Positions 12,915 through 25,870 are shown, counted from the first letter of the stretch. The stretch: 64,000 nt of DNA from Sphagnum compactum (GCA_965153455.1 OZ234493.1:22682213-22746212); one strand, 5' to 3'. Notes: a model not told the origin generated them from the sequence alone. Program-made: numbers and translations.

Positions 12915-14620
12915 ACACCTTTTATTAACCATGCCATGTTAACATAATAATGAAAAAAATCATTTGTTTATTGGTGTAGGCACCTAAAAACTTCTATCAC
13001 AAGGGGAAAAAATGTGTTCTTTAGGTGTTGATTGTGTTGTCCTTTTTTTACTTGAATCACCATTGTCGCAGCCACCCCATGAGATGAGGTAGCATAAGAA
13101 ACCAAATTTGTTGAGTGGGATTGATGATGACCACATTGGCCAAGGTGTAAATGTCATTAGTTGATACACCATGTTAACCCCAGATTGAAGGGAAGCGGTG
13201 GAAGGACATAGGTTTGTTCGCTTGAAACATGAAGCCCTACGTTTCTCGTGATGAAGGCGAAGGCATTTCAAATGACATCATGGGATGCAATTCATTCTCC
13301 ACCATGAGAACAACAAAGATGATGGTTCGTTGTTAGATCTAGGGTTTGACCACCAATGCAATGAATCACGTTGAGAACTAAAGGATGGGGGAGGCCCAAT
13401 TTAGTGCATAACACACAACGGAAAACATTAGAGGCTATATGGAAAGGTGGAATGATTGAGTGAACAAAAAATCCATGCATTCGTCCTTGGGCCTACACAA
13501 GATTTCAAGTATAAATTGGAAGCCGTGTCAATGATGATGTTAGAGAAAAAATGATTGTGTAATTTGTTTGAAATGCTCTCTTGAAGCCAATGTGATCCCC
13601 TTTTAATAAATTGCATGAAAGGAAGAACACAAGCCACCACATCCAGGGGAAAAAGGAGGAAAAAATTCTTACACTAACCAAAAATGGGTTTGGAAGGGAA
13701 ATGGACCAAAATTGTTGGCACCTATCATCTCCAATAATAATCTAATAATGATGATAAGTGTAACAGGTGCTTAACTCCCCAAATAGGTCATTGGTGCAAT
13801 GAACTCCATGAAAATGAGGCCAATTTTCCCCACAAAAAATGGGGAGAGAAACCTATTGGTGCCCTAAAGGGGCTATGAACAATCCAAGGAACTTGGGCCC
13901 ACGAGTCTCCCAAAAACCTATATGAAAGTCATGTCAAAGGAGCCAAGTTGGCATTGAAAGATTGGTAAGGGGGAAAAATGGAGTAGATAGGAAAATCTGT
14001 GGGCAAAACACTGAGAGAGGATCCCAAGAAGCTATTTGGACATCCTTTAACTTTGGAAGCACTTTTACATGTTAAACATCCTTGTTCAACACGTTTAATA
14101 AGAAGGAAGAAAAGTGAAACATACCCAAATTGAACAATCAAAATTTTGATAGTGTTTAACGAACAATAAAAATCAACAAGAGGAGAAAAGCTAAGAGGCA
14201 AACTAAAAGATGACTAATCCAAGCATTTGCAATGGTGGATCATAAGCCTTACAGAAATCGATTGAAAAACAAAATGGTCAAAAATAATAAGAATGACAGA
14301 AATTAGGCCAATGATGTGAATGTCATTAACAAGGGAAAAAATAATGTTTTTTCCTTGTAGAGCATTGTAGTGCACAAAAGTGGGCTAATACCAAAAGAGA
14401 TTCAACAAGTGGATCTGATTGTGCCCTTTAAAGAGGAAATGATGAACATATTTGCAAAGGGAATGGTGGTTAAAGAAGAGGGGAACCTATTGGATATAAA
14501 ATGTACAAACAAAGGGAAAAAATTAGCCTCCTCCTGCACAAAGCTTGTGAAAAATAACTTTCTTGAAAACGATGTTGAAAATATTTTGCGGCGTCCTCCT
14601 ATAACAACATTGAATCGAAA
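12915..14620 (-). mobile_element. Decayed CRE-like non-LTR retrotransposon (RT C-terminal part, CCHC knuckle, restriction-like endonuclease)
   Basis: Minus-strand fragments LKSCVGPRTNAWI, KLGLPHP..HCIGGQTLD..HHLCCSHGGE, FFPLVIEVF-GCLHQ, all paralleling the copy at 22432-25870. Confidence 0.7.
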
Positions 14621-15599
14621 TGAACATCTAAGTTTTTGAAAGTTTAGAAATGTTAGAAAGTTTTTGAGAATGTTAGAGAATCCATGAAAATGGTAGAGAA
14701 AGGATCATTATTTTCAATGTTCGGCAAAATAGGGTTGCGTGGAGGGCTGAAGTTTATTTTGTCAAGTCAATGGGATTGTTGGATTTGGTGATCTGAATTT
14801 GTTTTTTTTTTGGTTACCTTGAATGAACTAAAAGTTCAATAGGAGTCATATAAATTAGTTGTGAGGACCCCAAAATTCTTTGCCATTCTTTTGGCCAGGC
14901 TAATGGCAGGGGCATGATGAACTATGTGTGTAGTATAATAATATTAACTAGTTAGTGAATTAAAAAAAAAGCTTAGGTTTCTTTTGATTGGCCTATAACC
15001 AATATTTCTTGAAATATGGGGCACTACCCAACGTAGAATCCTGAATGGGCTTTTCCCCATAGCCACCCACAAGTTGTGCCTTTTCCAAGTTATGCACTTG
15101 GAAGTTGAACCAGGGCCAAACAATATGGGATAAAAAATTATGAAGTGCTATTGGGAACTCCTTAGGGAACACATTGGGAATCTCATGAGAACACTGTGTG
15201 TTCGAACACATTGAGACTTTAAAAAAAATAAAATAAAATAAAATCCCAGCCCCCTTAACCCCCTTTCCCTTTCCCCCCCCCCCCCCCCCCCCCCACCTTT
15301 AAAAAACTCAAAAGAAAAAAACTAAGCCCCCTTGAGCCTTCTCATTGGCTACAAGAAATTTCATTTTCAACCATTAGTCAAAGTATATAGCTACTCACAG
15401 ACACTTACTTATGCGCTTTTTAAATTTAATTTTTGAAAAAAAATTTAGCGAGAGGAGGAGAGGGGGTGGTGGGGGAGGAGGGGGGTGGGTTGGTTTCTGG
15501 GGTCCTATGGGCTCCAGTCTTTTCATGCTCATCGGATGAGAGCCACTTTCCCCACTCACAAGCGAGCGATGTGGCGTCATCTGGGACGCTCGTGCGCAT

Positions 15600-17821
15600 C
15601 CACCACCACCAAACGCTTGTTTGTTTGTTTGTTGTTGCGTTGAATCCGAGCTTTGCAGGAAATCTGCACCATCCTTCTGCAGCAAGCGCACATTTCTCAA
15701 CCTTGCTTCGAAAGATTGAGGAAAGCAGCCAGGCACAGGTCCAGGTTTGCATGATCACAAACTCTAGATACAGAGAGGAGGAGGAGGAGGAGGAGGAGGA
15801 GACGTAAACAATCTCCAGGTACTTTCTTTGTTTAGCTGTACCATCATCGGCTCTACCGGAAGGGTTTGGTAGTGGCTCTAGTGGCGTGTGTCTTTTTCGG
15901 GATTTTCTTGCTCTGCTACTGCTCCTTCACTATTCTGCTGTTATTTGGCGAATCTTCTGTGCGGGATTCAGCTGCTTTTTGGTTTCCAGAGCTGAGAATT
16001 GTTAGTGCATCTAAGAGCATCTAAGTCCGTCGAAAGAATGATGGATCGTGAGCTAGTATTGAGGGTCAGATGCGTCTCTTGTATGTGCCGCTAGAAACCG
16101 TTCGGAAAACCAAGACTGGAAACTAGACTTGTGACGGGGCTTTTTCTTTTCCTCCTTATATCTTTTGTTTATTACGTTCAACACTTCAGAGTCATACGCC
16201 GTTGTCAAGACTATTTCAGTAACTTGCTTTTGAACGATGGACAAGATATAAGCGGCGATACGGCCACTAGTGTTCACATGTTTTCTTTGGAGAGCGTGCA
16301 GGCCCCTGTGTGATGATTTCGGCTTGTGAACCATGTGAGAGCTTCAGCTTATTTTATTCTTGAAACTGAAATTTGTAATGCTTCTGGGAGCAGTTCATTT
16401 GCCAACTCAAACAATAGAGAGTTCACGTTATATCAAAATATTCAAAGGAATGTGAACTAGTGTTATTTAGAATTATTTTGCATCCAGAGAGTTAGCAGGG
16501 TAGTGTCTCTTGTCAGCGGGTTGAGCATTTTGCAACTATGTCAGCATTATTATTGGAAGATGAGTATTCTGTAGAAAGTATGGTGGTGTTCATGGGCTGG
16601 CATTGTAAGATATACAGCTAGATATTGATCCACAACTCTTGGTGTCCTTTTCAAAGCTTAGAGGGCAGCAACATGGATGAGTTGACCATGTGCATGAAGC
16701 ATTCAGTGTTGATCTGTAGCTCTTTAACCCCAATCATGACACTTTTTTAGTTAGTGTGCGTTTGTTACTAGTGCAAGAAAGATGCTGTGATTCTTCTACT
16801 CAAGTGTGGAGCAGTTTTGGAACAGGGTCCAGCTGGATGTTTCATCAATTACAGCTAATCAAGATGTTTTCACAGAAGTTTTGGAGGCAGCACTTATGGG
16901 GCTGTCTGGCATAATAAGTGGAGCTCTTGTCTGGGATTTGATCAACTTCCACAAAGACGAGTGGACAGCCCTTGGCCTATGTCATCAAAGGTGAGCTCAA
17001 CCTAATTTATAAGGTTCTCACTGCACTCGCAATGCTTTAGCACATGTTAAGAAGAGATTGGCAGTTCAATAGAGGTCATCATCAATTGCTGGAGCACTGG
17101 TTGATAACTTTGGAGTTCCATCTGCTAACGGCTTGTTCATTTTTCTTAATAGCAGTGACACACAGTGCATATTTGCAGCAACAATGTTCATGACAAAATT
17201 TCAACGGATGCCCTTGCTACCTTCAAGTGCTGGAAGATTTCCAAGCTATTCTGCTGCTGCTTAGTGTGGATCTGAATATGGCGGAATACTTGTATGGAAA
17301 TTTGAATTAGTTCGAAACCTGAGGGACATTGAGAAGACCTATTTCTTGGAGAGTTTTCATGTTGTCAACATGCTTGGGGAAGTCTTGTCTGGATATACTC
17401 ACCAGTTCTTGTGGGTCTATTCTACACATCAGTTCCTGCTTTCTTTCTTCCTTTGACTGTCTTTTCAGTAAAAGTTGAGTTTCATGAAGTCTCTTACTAG
17501 ACTTGTAGACCTACAGATGCATTCATTCTAATCAGGTATTAGGAAAAGTTCCAACCTACATAGACAGCAGATTATGTAAGCATAGTTTAGGGATTTGAAG
17601 GATTATACTCTGAAGCAGCAAATTGAAACTTCACGTAGTATGGAAGGGTTCTAGCCCCATGATTTGATTTCTTAAGGAGCTTTTGATCACCCACAAAGTT
17701 TGTCTGTGACCGTTGTAGACATGTACACTAGAACCCATGCTCCTGAAGATTCTCTGGCAAAGATCCTGGGAATCTGGCAACCGGCATCTTGTATTTAGGT
17801 GTCTTGAAAGCTAAAGCCACA
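15600..17821 (+). promoter_or_regulatory. Probable long, intron-containing 5' leader of the BTB gene with a uORF
   Basis: GC-rich first-exon-like stretch with (GAG)n and donor CAG|GTACTT at 15819. Second donor AAG|GTGAGC at 16991; acceptor TTTAG at 17798. uORF MITNSRYREEEEEEEET* at 15751-15807. Confidence 0.45.
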
Positions 17822-20759
17822 ATGGAAAGCAAAGAGGATGGGGAGTTTTTGAAGACTAGTCAATCTGTTTTATTGGTCTTAAAGGGCCAGGCTCTTGCTA
17901 CATCCACCACAGGCAAGATTGAAAATGATGTGGAGAGCACTGAATCAGCGTTACATTGTGCGGGCAAGCTTGGAGATCGAGCCACTAGTGATGTGATTGT
18001 GAGACTACGAACAGTTGATGGTCGTGATGAATGGCTTTATTCCCATTCAAGGATTCTGTCTTCGAAAAGCAAGTATTTTGCAACACGTCTCTCTGATGAG
18101 TGGCCAACCTACCATCTTCTTGACTCTCGGAATTGTGTTGAGATCAGCTGTCTGGAAAGTGACATTGACCATCATGTCACATTGCTGCGTCTGCTCTATA
18201 CTGACTGTCTAGAACCCATTGGTGAAACCTGGTACAGTGTGAATAATGCACTGGGCATGCTTAGAGTTGCAACAAAGCTGGGTTGTGATGCCATTGTATC
18301 AAAATGTGCTCAATACTTGGAGGCAGTGCCATGGGAGGAGAATGAGGAGGAAGAAATTCTCAAGACATTGCCAGGTATTGTGTTGGCTTTTCTGTGCATT
18401 TTATTATCTCCTCAAGGGCAACAGAAGTATGGTTTGGTAGCTCACACTGATGTCCTGCACCTGGCTACTTGAAAGTGGCTTCCCTGAAAATGTCCAGAAT
18501 AGAGTTTTGCAGTGTGAAGTGGACCTGGCTACTTGAAAGTGACTTCCCTTAAAATGTCTAGTATAGAGTTTTGCAGTGTGAAGTGGACTCTAGCATGATC
18601 TGGGTTGTGACTGCCTATAATTGCACTTGTTAATCATCTGCAGTTTGGGTGGTTAAAACATGAAACAGGTAATCTGTCTTGCACAATCGGAAAGGTTCAG
18701 TTTCAGCTACAGTGAGAACAATGTCTGACTATCTAGGATTACACCTGAATATGATGGGTGTGAGGGCTGCTGTGTTGTTCATAGAGAACTTTGATATCAG
18801 GAAGATGCTCACTTGATGTCTTCCAACAGGGATGGTCAGATTCTCAACATACAGATGCTACTTTGTTTGTGCTCAGAGTTTTCATTGCCATTCTGGCAGA
18901 GCTTGTTTTTGCACAAATGTGAGGTTCATCCTTTTTGTGGATGGTGTTCTAAGACAAGGAACTGGCAGGTCTGGGTGCAGATGTAGTTCCAGTTCTGGCC
19001 CGTCTACAGCCTGTCAACCCTGACTCTGTCCGGAATGTGTTTCTCTCTGCTGTCCAAATTGCCATCTTGCCCCAACAAAAATCATCCAATTTCCCAAGTG
19101 AGCTGAAAGTTGCTGCCCAAGAGCAGGTACTTTTGAGACGTCTTCTTGAAGGATTGGTCTCCACTGGTTTCGAGGCTTGCTACACTTTACAGCTAAAGCT
19201 GCTAAGAGAAGGCTAGGAGTGAGTGATCCCATTCCAGGGCCTTGCTTCATGAAGAGTGTAGTACAGAACTTGGACAAGATTCAGACTTGCAGGTGAACTG
19301 TGCTTATAGGAGAGAGAAATTTAATGACTGATGATTTCTTGCCCTTCACTGAGCTACCTGAGGATTTTCTGTGTAAAGCAAAGGGGTTCACAGGAAGTGA
19401 GCAGTCAAAAAGCATATCTGCATACCTTTTCTTGCAGATATTCGAACATGTTGAATCATCTAACAACAGAATTGCTTTAGTCAATAGATTGAACTTTTGG
19501 AGTTTATCTGGTTTGTCCTTAATTCTTCAGATGCCTGCATCTGATATGCTTGGAATCAGTTTCCTTTACAAGTGATGGGAGATGTCACTGTTCAGGTGGA
19601 GTACATGCTTGTTGAGGATGATGATGCTCCCCTCCTGAAAGCTGATGCTTACATCAAATCGAAATTGAGGACATTTTTCTCAGAAGTCTTTGATAGCTTC
19701 AAGCTATTTCTTGGAAGACTCCTCTCAGAGGCTGATCTAGGCAGCGAAGTCTCAAAGGAACTATTGCTTGAAAAAGTTTCAGACCTCCTTTGGGCATCCC
19801 GAATTCTTCCCAGAGTGGGCCTGAATCCAGAGCTTGTTGATTTCTGGTCAAGTGCTTCAAGTGATGTCATCAGGGTCCTAAACAGTGAGAAGCTGGAGGA
19901 AGTTTTGTGGGATACAAAATTGCGTGTGGTGGAGATTGCAGCCAAAGTGCTGGAGGCAGTTGGCTATGGCTGTGTCATTGTCAAAGCTGAGGAACGCACC
20001 CAATTGGTCAAGGTGTGGCTCCCATTTATTCGAGATACAACACCCCTTTTCGACTCACTCTTTGCTGCAGAGAAGATGTCACTCCAAATGGACACAGATC
20101 TCTGCCAAACAATCGAGGCTGCTCTTGTCTCCCTCATTTTGTCGCTGCCATCTGGAGATCAGGCAGACATTCTTGTGGATTGGCTGAAAACTGAGCAAGC
20201 AAGGTATTTCTGCAGGGCTTCATCTGCCGAGATTGATCATGTTGTCTAATTCACTGTGTCACTTAATGAACGCCTGTTGTCTACTGTGGAGATGCTTAAG
20301 AGTAAGACATGGAATGACCAAATTTTGTCTTTGCAAAGTTATGAGAAGTTCATTTAAGTAAGATTAAAGTTCCCCTGGAAGAAGGGTGCCATCACATGTT
20401 TTGGATCTATTCATATGACTATTGACAAACTCTGAACTTGAAGTCTTCTCAAATACCTCATATATGTAGGGACCTATGGGTCTCAATCATAGACTGAAGA
20501 CTGGATGATTCTTCATAGTCAGCATGTAAGAAAGGTCAGACCCATGCCTAGATCAGATCTCCTTGAAACTCCAATCCCAAACCACCTAGTTCTTACTACA
20601 GCAGGTTGTGTGAACAGTTTGTGACAAAGGAATAGTCTAACATCAAGAATTTTTGGTTCGTCATATTCCAGGTATCCAGATCTAAGTGAAGCATTTGAGG
20701 TTTGGTGTTTTCGAAGCAAGGCTGCTAAACGGAGACTAAATATGGAGTCTACAGTTTGA
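17822..20759 (+). CDS. BTB/POZ domain-containing protein, At3g05675-like
   Basis: Exons 17822-18374, 18969-19126, 19596-20203, 20672-20759, all GT-AG and phase-consistent. Motifs KLGDRATSDVIVRLR..GRDEWLYSHS..SKYFATRLSDEWPT, YLEAVPWEENEEEEIL, VLARLQPV, AAQEQ|VEYML, R|YPDLSEAFEVWCFRSKAAKRRL. Confidence 0.92.
18459..18588. repeat. 64-bp tandem duplication in BTB intron
   Basis: ACCTGGCTACTTGAAAGTG...TTTTGCAGTGTGAAGTGG at 18459 and 18523, with few mismatches. Confidence 0.9.
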
Positions 20760-21064
20760 GTAAAAGTTCAGGTCAGCAATGGGAGTGCAAAGCTACATTG
20801 GATTTGCTTTCATTTTAGTTCAAAATTCCTCCTCAAAAGCAGGATTAGCCTGCTAGCAAATTTGCTGATAGAATTGTATAAGCTTGGCATTTTTTTATGG
20901 TTTCTTTCTCTTTTTTTTCTTCATCTTTTGAGTGGATCTTCTTGTGGCCATCTTTTCTGCTGGCTGAAAAATGGATAGAAAGATTATAATCATTATTGCA
21001 ACTAGTTAACACACTCGTATTGGTTATCCTTTGACCAATGGAAAGCTTCCAAACAGTTGCCTTT

Positions 21065-21500
21065 GAGGAACCGCCGATAGTTGTTAGGAGTGCAACTACT
21101 CCCTTTCAGATGCCTCTCTCATTCCTAGGTGAAACCTGTGCTGGCAGAAAAGCATTGGGAATCTGGCTAAGCTCCATCTATGCTTGGGTAATTCCTTTGT
21201 ACAAGGTTTACTTCAGAATGATGTATAGGTACTATTGGCTTGCTCACTCCTTTGAGGATAGCTTCAGAATCCTTCCGTTAGCACGGCCTTCACCAATAAC
21301 CTGACTTCTCTCCCCACTGCACGTATTCTACACCCTTTCCTTCCACACTTGTGCTGGACTATACTTTATTAGCTATAATCTATTACTAATCAAAGGACTT
21401 GCCCAAGCACTTTTAGTGAAGAAGACATGCAATTGTTGGGGGCTACTTGGTTCTTGTTGTGGTCAAGCACCCATCCCTCTATTTCTTTTAACTTCCTCAT
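21065..21500 (+). mobile_element. Very decayed 3' (endonuclease) fragment of a CRE-like element
   Basis: GTADSC*ECNYSLSDASLIP (from 21067; cf. RxD...DVxxxxP), SITNQR (21379; cf. KISITLQR in the 22.4-kb copy), QAPIPL (cf. DTIPIP). Confidence 0.4.
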
Positions 21501-21546
21501 CACAAACCCCCCGCCCCTCCCTTCCCTTTCACCTTTCTCCACTTGG

Positions 21547-21705
21547 AAAGACTTGCTCATTTTTTGGTAGTGTAATTGGAGACTCTATTATAAAGTGTAG
21601 AGACTTGCTCATTTTTTGGTAGTGTATTTGGAGATACTCTTACAAAGCGTAAAGACTTGCTCTTTTTTTGGTAGTGTATTTGGAGATACTCTTACAAAGT
21701 GTAAA
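21547..21705. repeat. ~52-53-bp tandem repeat x3
   Basis: AGACTTGCTC(A/T)TTTTTTGGTAGTGTA(A/T)TTGGAGA.. units at ~21547, 21599, 21651. Confidence 0.9.
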
Positions 21706-21975
21706 AAAGTCATGGGCACTTTTTTTCTGCTTGATACCCAGTGGGTATATGTTGGGTATAGCACATAAGAAAAGAAAAAGCAAGTGGTTTTTACACTGTG
21801 TGAAGCCCTCAGGGGGGTGGGCTTCTTATTGGATTCAGGCTTCTGCTCGGCTTTGCCTCACAAGGCCCTTATTTACCCTACACGGAAAGACCTGGTAGAT
21901 AAATCTTAAGAATATGTGGAGAGTGCCCTAAAATGTCTTACAAGGAATTTCCTTGTGTAAGACACCAGTTCTTTA

Positions 21976-22095
21976 TGTAGGGGAAGTTCCCTTACCTTCG
22001 GACTTCCTTGTGTTGAGGTCACAAAGGGCTTAACTCCTTTGTGTTAGTCATGTCAGCCCACAGAAGTCTTGTGGCGAGGGGATTCCCCTTATACA
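21976..22095 (+). other. 120-nt TGTA...TACA fold-back element (MITE-like or structured RNA)
   Basis: Nested arms TGTA/TACA, GGGGAA/TTCCCC, GGACTTC/GAAGTCT, CACAAAGG/CCTTTGTG. Its last 22 nt are repeated at 22122-22143. Confidence 0.6.
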
Positions 22096-22431
22096 TTCAT
22101 AAAGCAAACACAGCCGGCCGTGAGGGGATTCCCCTTATACATTTACAACATATACACACACCTATGTACTTGAATGTTCACATTGACACTTAAACGCACA
22201 CTCGATTGAACTCATATCCAACACGCGATTACCATTTTAACTATCATTGCCTTTTTTGCTTCAGTTGTATGATGCGCCTATCACTATTGTCAAACCTTTG
22301 CAAATTTTATTTATAAACACATCACAATTTTCAAAAATGTCCAAAAGAAGAAAGGGGAAAAAAAAGGAAAAGAAAGGGAGAATTTAAAGGATGCTAGGTT
22401 AACACCAACTAGATGTCAAAATCTCTCCATT

Positions 22432-25400
22432 TCAACAATCAACCGCTTGTATTAGGTTAATTGTGGGGATGGGGATTGTGTCTTGAAGGGGTGGAAGTCG
22501 AGAAGTAGTTGGACCTACCATTATCACCCAACTTAAGATGGAGGATGCTTGCATCCTTTGCAATGTAATTGAAATTTTTTGATGAAGAAATATGATTAGG
22601 ATAGAAAGAGGAAGGCTTTCAAACCTTTTGATGCTCCAAATGTCATTGATACAATTATGTAAGAACACATTACTTTGTTTGTGTAGACATCCATATACTT
22701 CGATTGTTAGAGGAGGAATAATTTAGTGGGGTGTCAGTTGTGATAACCTCTTTCTTTGACTTGAATTGCAATGAAGGTAGCAAATCCTTGAGTTGTGTAA
22801 GATTTGAAAAATAAATCCACTTGTGTTGGGTTAGCAATGACAACATCAACTAGGGTGTGAATTCCATCTTTGGTGAAGACAACGTCAACTGGTTGACGAG
22901 AGGAGTTAGATGTGGCGAAGGGAAGCACATGTAGTTGTTCTTGTTCCACGTGGGAACTAGCATTTCGTGCAATGGCAGCAAAAGTGTTGTGAATTGCATC
23001 ATGGGTTCCTATGCATTCATTGCCATGGGCGTAATGCAAGACATGTATACCCATAGGGCCGATGGGATATGTGCACACGCATTGAGGGATACCTGTGTAA
23101 TTAAAGGCTATGGTGGTCCAAGTCATGTCCAAATCGTTGTAGAAAAAACTGGGGAAGACAATCAAAAGGTTGGGAAGATTAGTCAAATTGTAAGCCAAAT
23201 GTTTGCCCTGGGCCCAAAACATGATAAATTTTGAGCATGATGGGTTTCAGATGTCCTATTGAAAAACATGTTGGAAACGATATAATAGTGTAAATGCTTT
23301 GAGATGGAATCTTAAAGTCAAACCATTTGTTGTTTGATAAGTTGTTCAAATGGAAGAAGACACATGCAAATTGGGGGTGGTAGAAGATCACAAGCCACCT
23401 TAAGGTCTTGCTAGAAAAGGAAGGTGTTGTTATTGACTCATGCTAAGGCTTCAAGAAGGAAGGGATGCTAGTTGACTATAAATTTAACAGTTATGATTGA
23501 AAATACAAAGGCCCATCTCCCTAAGTAAATTACCGAGGCAATGGTGGTTGTTGGTATGAGCCTAATGCTACCAAAAGCTATTGGGAGAGAGACTTGTTTA
23601 TTGGCTAGAGGTATTTTTGGGCTATCAAAGCATCTTGGATCCAAGAGGCATCCAAACATTTGAAGGAAAGGAGAGTCAAAGGAAAGTTTTAAGGGACTTT
23701 ATGAAGGTGGAAAAGGGAGGTGTGCATTGTAATAAATATGATGGTCATTGCATAAAACAATGAGTTAAAATTCCAAAGGTTACATGAACATCACCCATTT
23801 TAGGGAAAATGTTGACATGTTAATCATCTTCTAAAAAGGCATCTTTGATTAAACATGATGTGAATGACGAGGTGCCCAATGGAACCCCCAAGATTCTAAT
23901 TCTTTTCAGATGGGGTGTTAAATTGGATGGGGTGTCAAAGTCAGGTTGCAAGCTAGAAGGGGACCATGTTACACATTTTTGAGGTTGGATAAAAAAACCT
24001 ATTACATATAGTTCGGTTTAAGAATGTTCGTACGCAGATGATACAATTGAAGGGGGGTCTATGATGTGAATGTCATTTGTAATGGATGGAAATAGACAAG
24101 AAGGAAAATAATTAGTTGTAAAACATAAAGCCTTAAAGTGAGTTAAAGCGAATATTGTCCTTCCCAAGGGATCGCCTTGACGGGTTCCCATGGTAAATGG
24201 GATGAGTGTCACATCATCTTCATGATTACGATGACTGTAAAAGTAAAACATGAAAATTCAAATGCATAGAATGCATGAACAAAGGGGATGAGTTGTATGA
24301 CATTTCCATTTGTTGCACAAAGTTCTTGAAATATGACCTTTTTTGGAATTAAAGGCATTTGCCATGGCCAATTGGAGAACAACGCAGTTGGGATGAAGGT
24401 TTAGGTTGCACCTGATGCCATGGATTATTGCTTCACATTCACCTTTAGTTACAACTCTGAATTGGTGTGGGGAGAAATGTGTTGCAAAGGCATTAAGCAA
24501 AAGTGAAAGTATGAAACGTGACTTGTAAGTCGATATAACGATTCCCCCATTGCAATGGGATGAATTCCACCTAAAAGCTTGGTCATGGTTAAAAGGCAAG
24601 TCACTCCAAGGACATGTGCAATTTGAGGTGGAATGTGACTCTATTCAATATGAAAACAAAGTTGAAATAACTAAGGGGATTCATTTGCTGAATTTTTAGG
24701 TGAAAACAGTCCTGAATGTGTTAAAAACCACCCTAGAAGGAACATTTACTAATAAATGCGGCATGCGTTGGAATGCCAGTTTAAAGGAATAAGATGAAAG
24801 CTCGAGGTCTTGGTCTGACTTGTAGTCTTTTAGGAAAAATGGGAAGCAACCATTTGATTTAAAGTGTAATGTAATGAGAGTTGAGGTGGTGTTCGAAAAC
24901 ATGGATGTAAGGGAAAATGGTGCCAAAATGTGAATTGTTTGAGAGTATTTCCTTGCATGAACAAAAATTCAACTGCGGAGAAGATGTTTATGAGTTGGAG
25001 GATCATGTTGGGGAAATGGCACTAAATTCGAACTTGTTGCCAAAGCTTGGGCCCGTAAAAAAAACTCCTTTTGCAAATTTTCCTAGTCGTTTGCTGAAAT
25101 CCGTTTGAGTCGAATCTATGTTTCCCTATGCCCTATTGCCTTGCCACAAGGGGGCAAAAGGAGACACCATTAGGGTAATAAGAAGAGCAAGTGCCAAATT
25201 GTCACATCATAAGGGTTTTATGCCAATTTATCCAATGGAAAATGAAATGCAATTTTTACATCATGTCGTAAAGCGATAAGGGTGCGATTGTGTAATTAAA
25301 GACGACAAAAGCCTAAATGAAAGGACCTAAGGACATCCAATGGCGAAACTTGAATCCAAGTTAATGTAGGAGGGGTGGGAAGAAGGGAAGGTATTGAGCT

Positions 25401-25870
25401 GAAATGGTCACTAGGGTTTGGATTAGATGAATTAATTGTTTGACAGGAATGCTTTCGATGGGCTAACCTTCAACTGGTAAATTAGCACCTATAGGTGTGA
25501 CAAGAGATTTTAAGTGGAGGACACGAGCATGTTGAGGAGATGGGGGTAGGTTCGGGGGTTTAATCATGAACAATTGTAAGGGCTGATAGAGTGGAAGGGT
25601 AAAAAGGTCCTATTATGCATGATCAAGGGGGTTTGGGAAAATGTAAAGTTGGGGCCCCATAATCACACAAAAGGCTGGGGGCCGATAAAGGGAATCAATA
25701 AGTGGTCTATGGTTTGTTACAATAGGAGAAGGAATTAGTGGGTGGTTTATGGTTTGCATGGGAGATGGGGTGGAGGATAGGTTTATGGTGGCGCATGATA
25801 AAGCAAATGGGCAATGGGAATTACAAGGTTTGATGAAACATGATGAACTAAGGGACATGAGACATTTGAT
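22432..25870 (-). mobile_element. Near full-length but frameshifted CRE-like non-LTR retrotransposon (RT + CCHC + restriction-like endonuclease)
   Basis: In order on the minus strand: WHLLFLLP, PIAMG, HFSPHQF, VLQLAMANAFNS, GTRQGDPLG, NDIHI, ILGVPLG, LPIAFGSIRL, CVC..MGIHVLHYAHGNECIGTHDAI, RQPVDVVF..TLVDVVIANP, KISITLQRMQASSIL. Confidence 0.82.

Noticed and set aside
19649..20187. Antisense and alternate-frame ORFs over BTB, KCS, p23 and peroxidase exons
   Set aside because: Shadow ORFs of real coding exons.
21995..22030. HDV-like ribozyme core (GAC-TTCCTTGT-GTT resembles P3/L3)
   Set aside because: Could not place P1, P2 and J4/2 in the required order by eye. Needs a descriptor search.
22076..22143. 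Palindromic 22-nt direct repeats with a 24-nt spacer resembling a mini-CRISPR
   Set aside because: Only two copies, eukaryotic context and no cas genes. Better explained as a duplicated end of the fold-back element.
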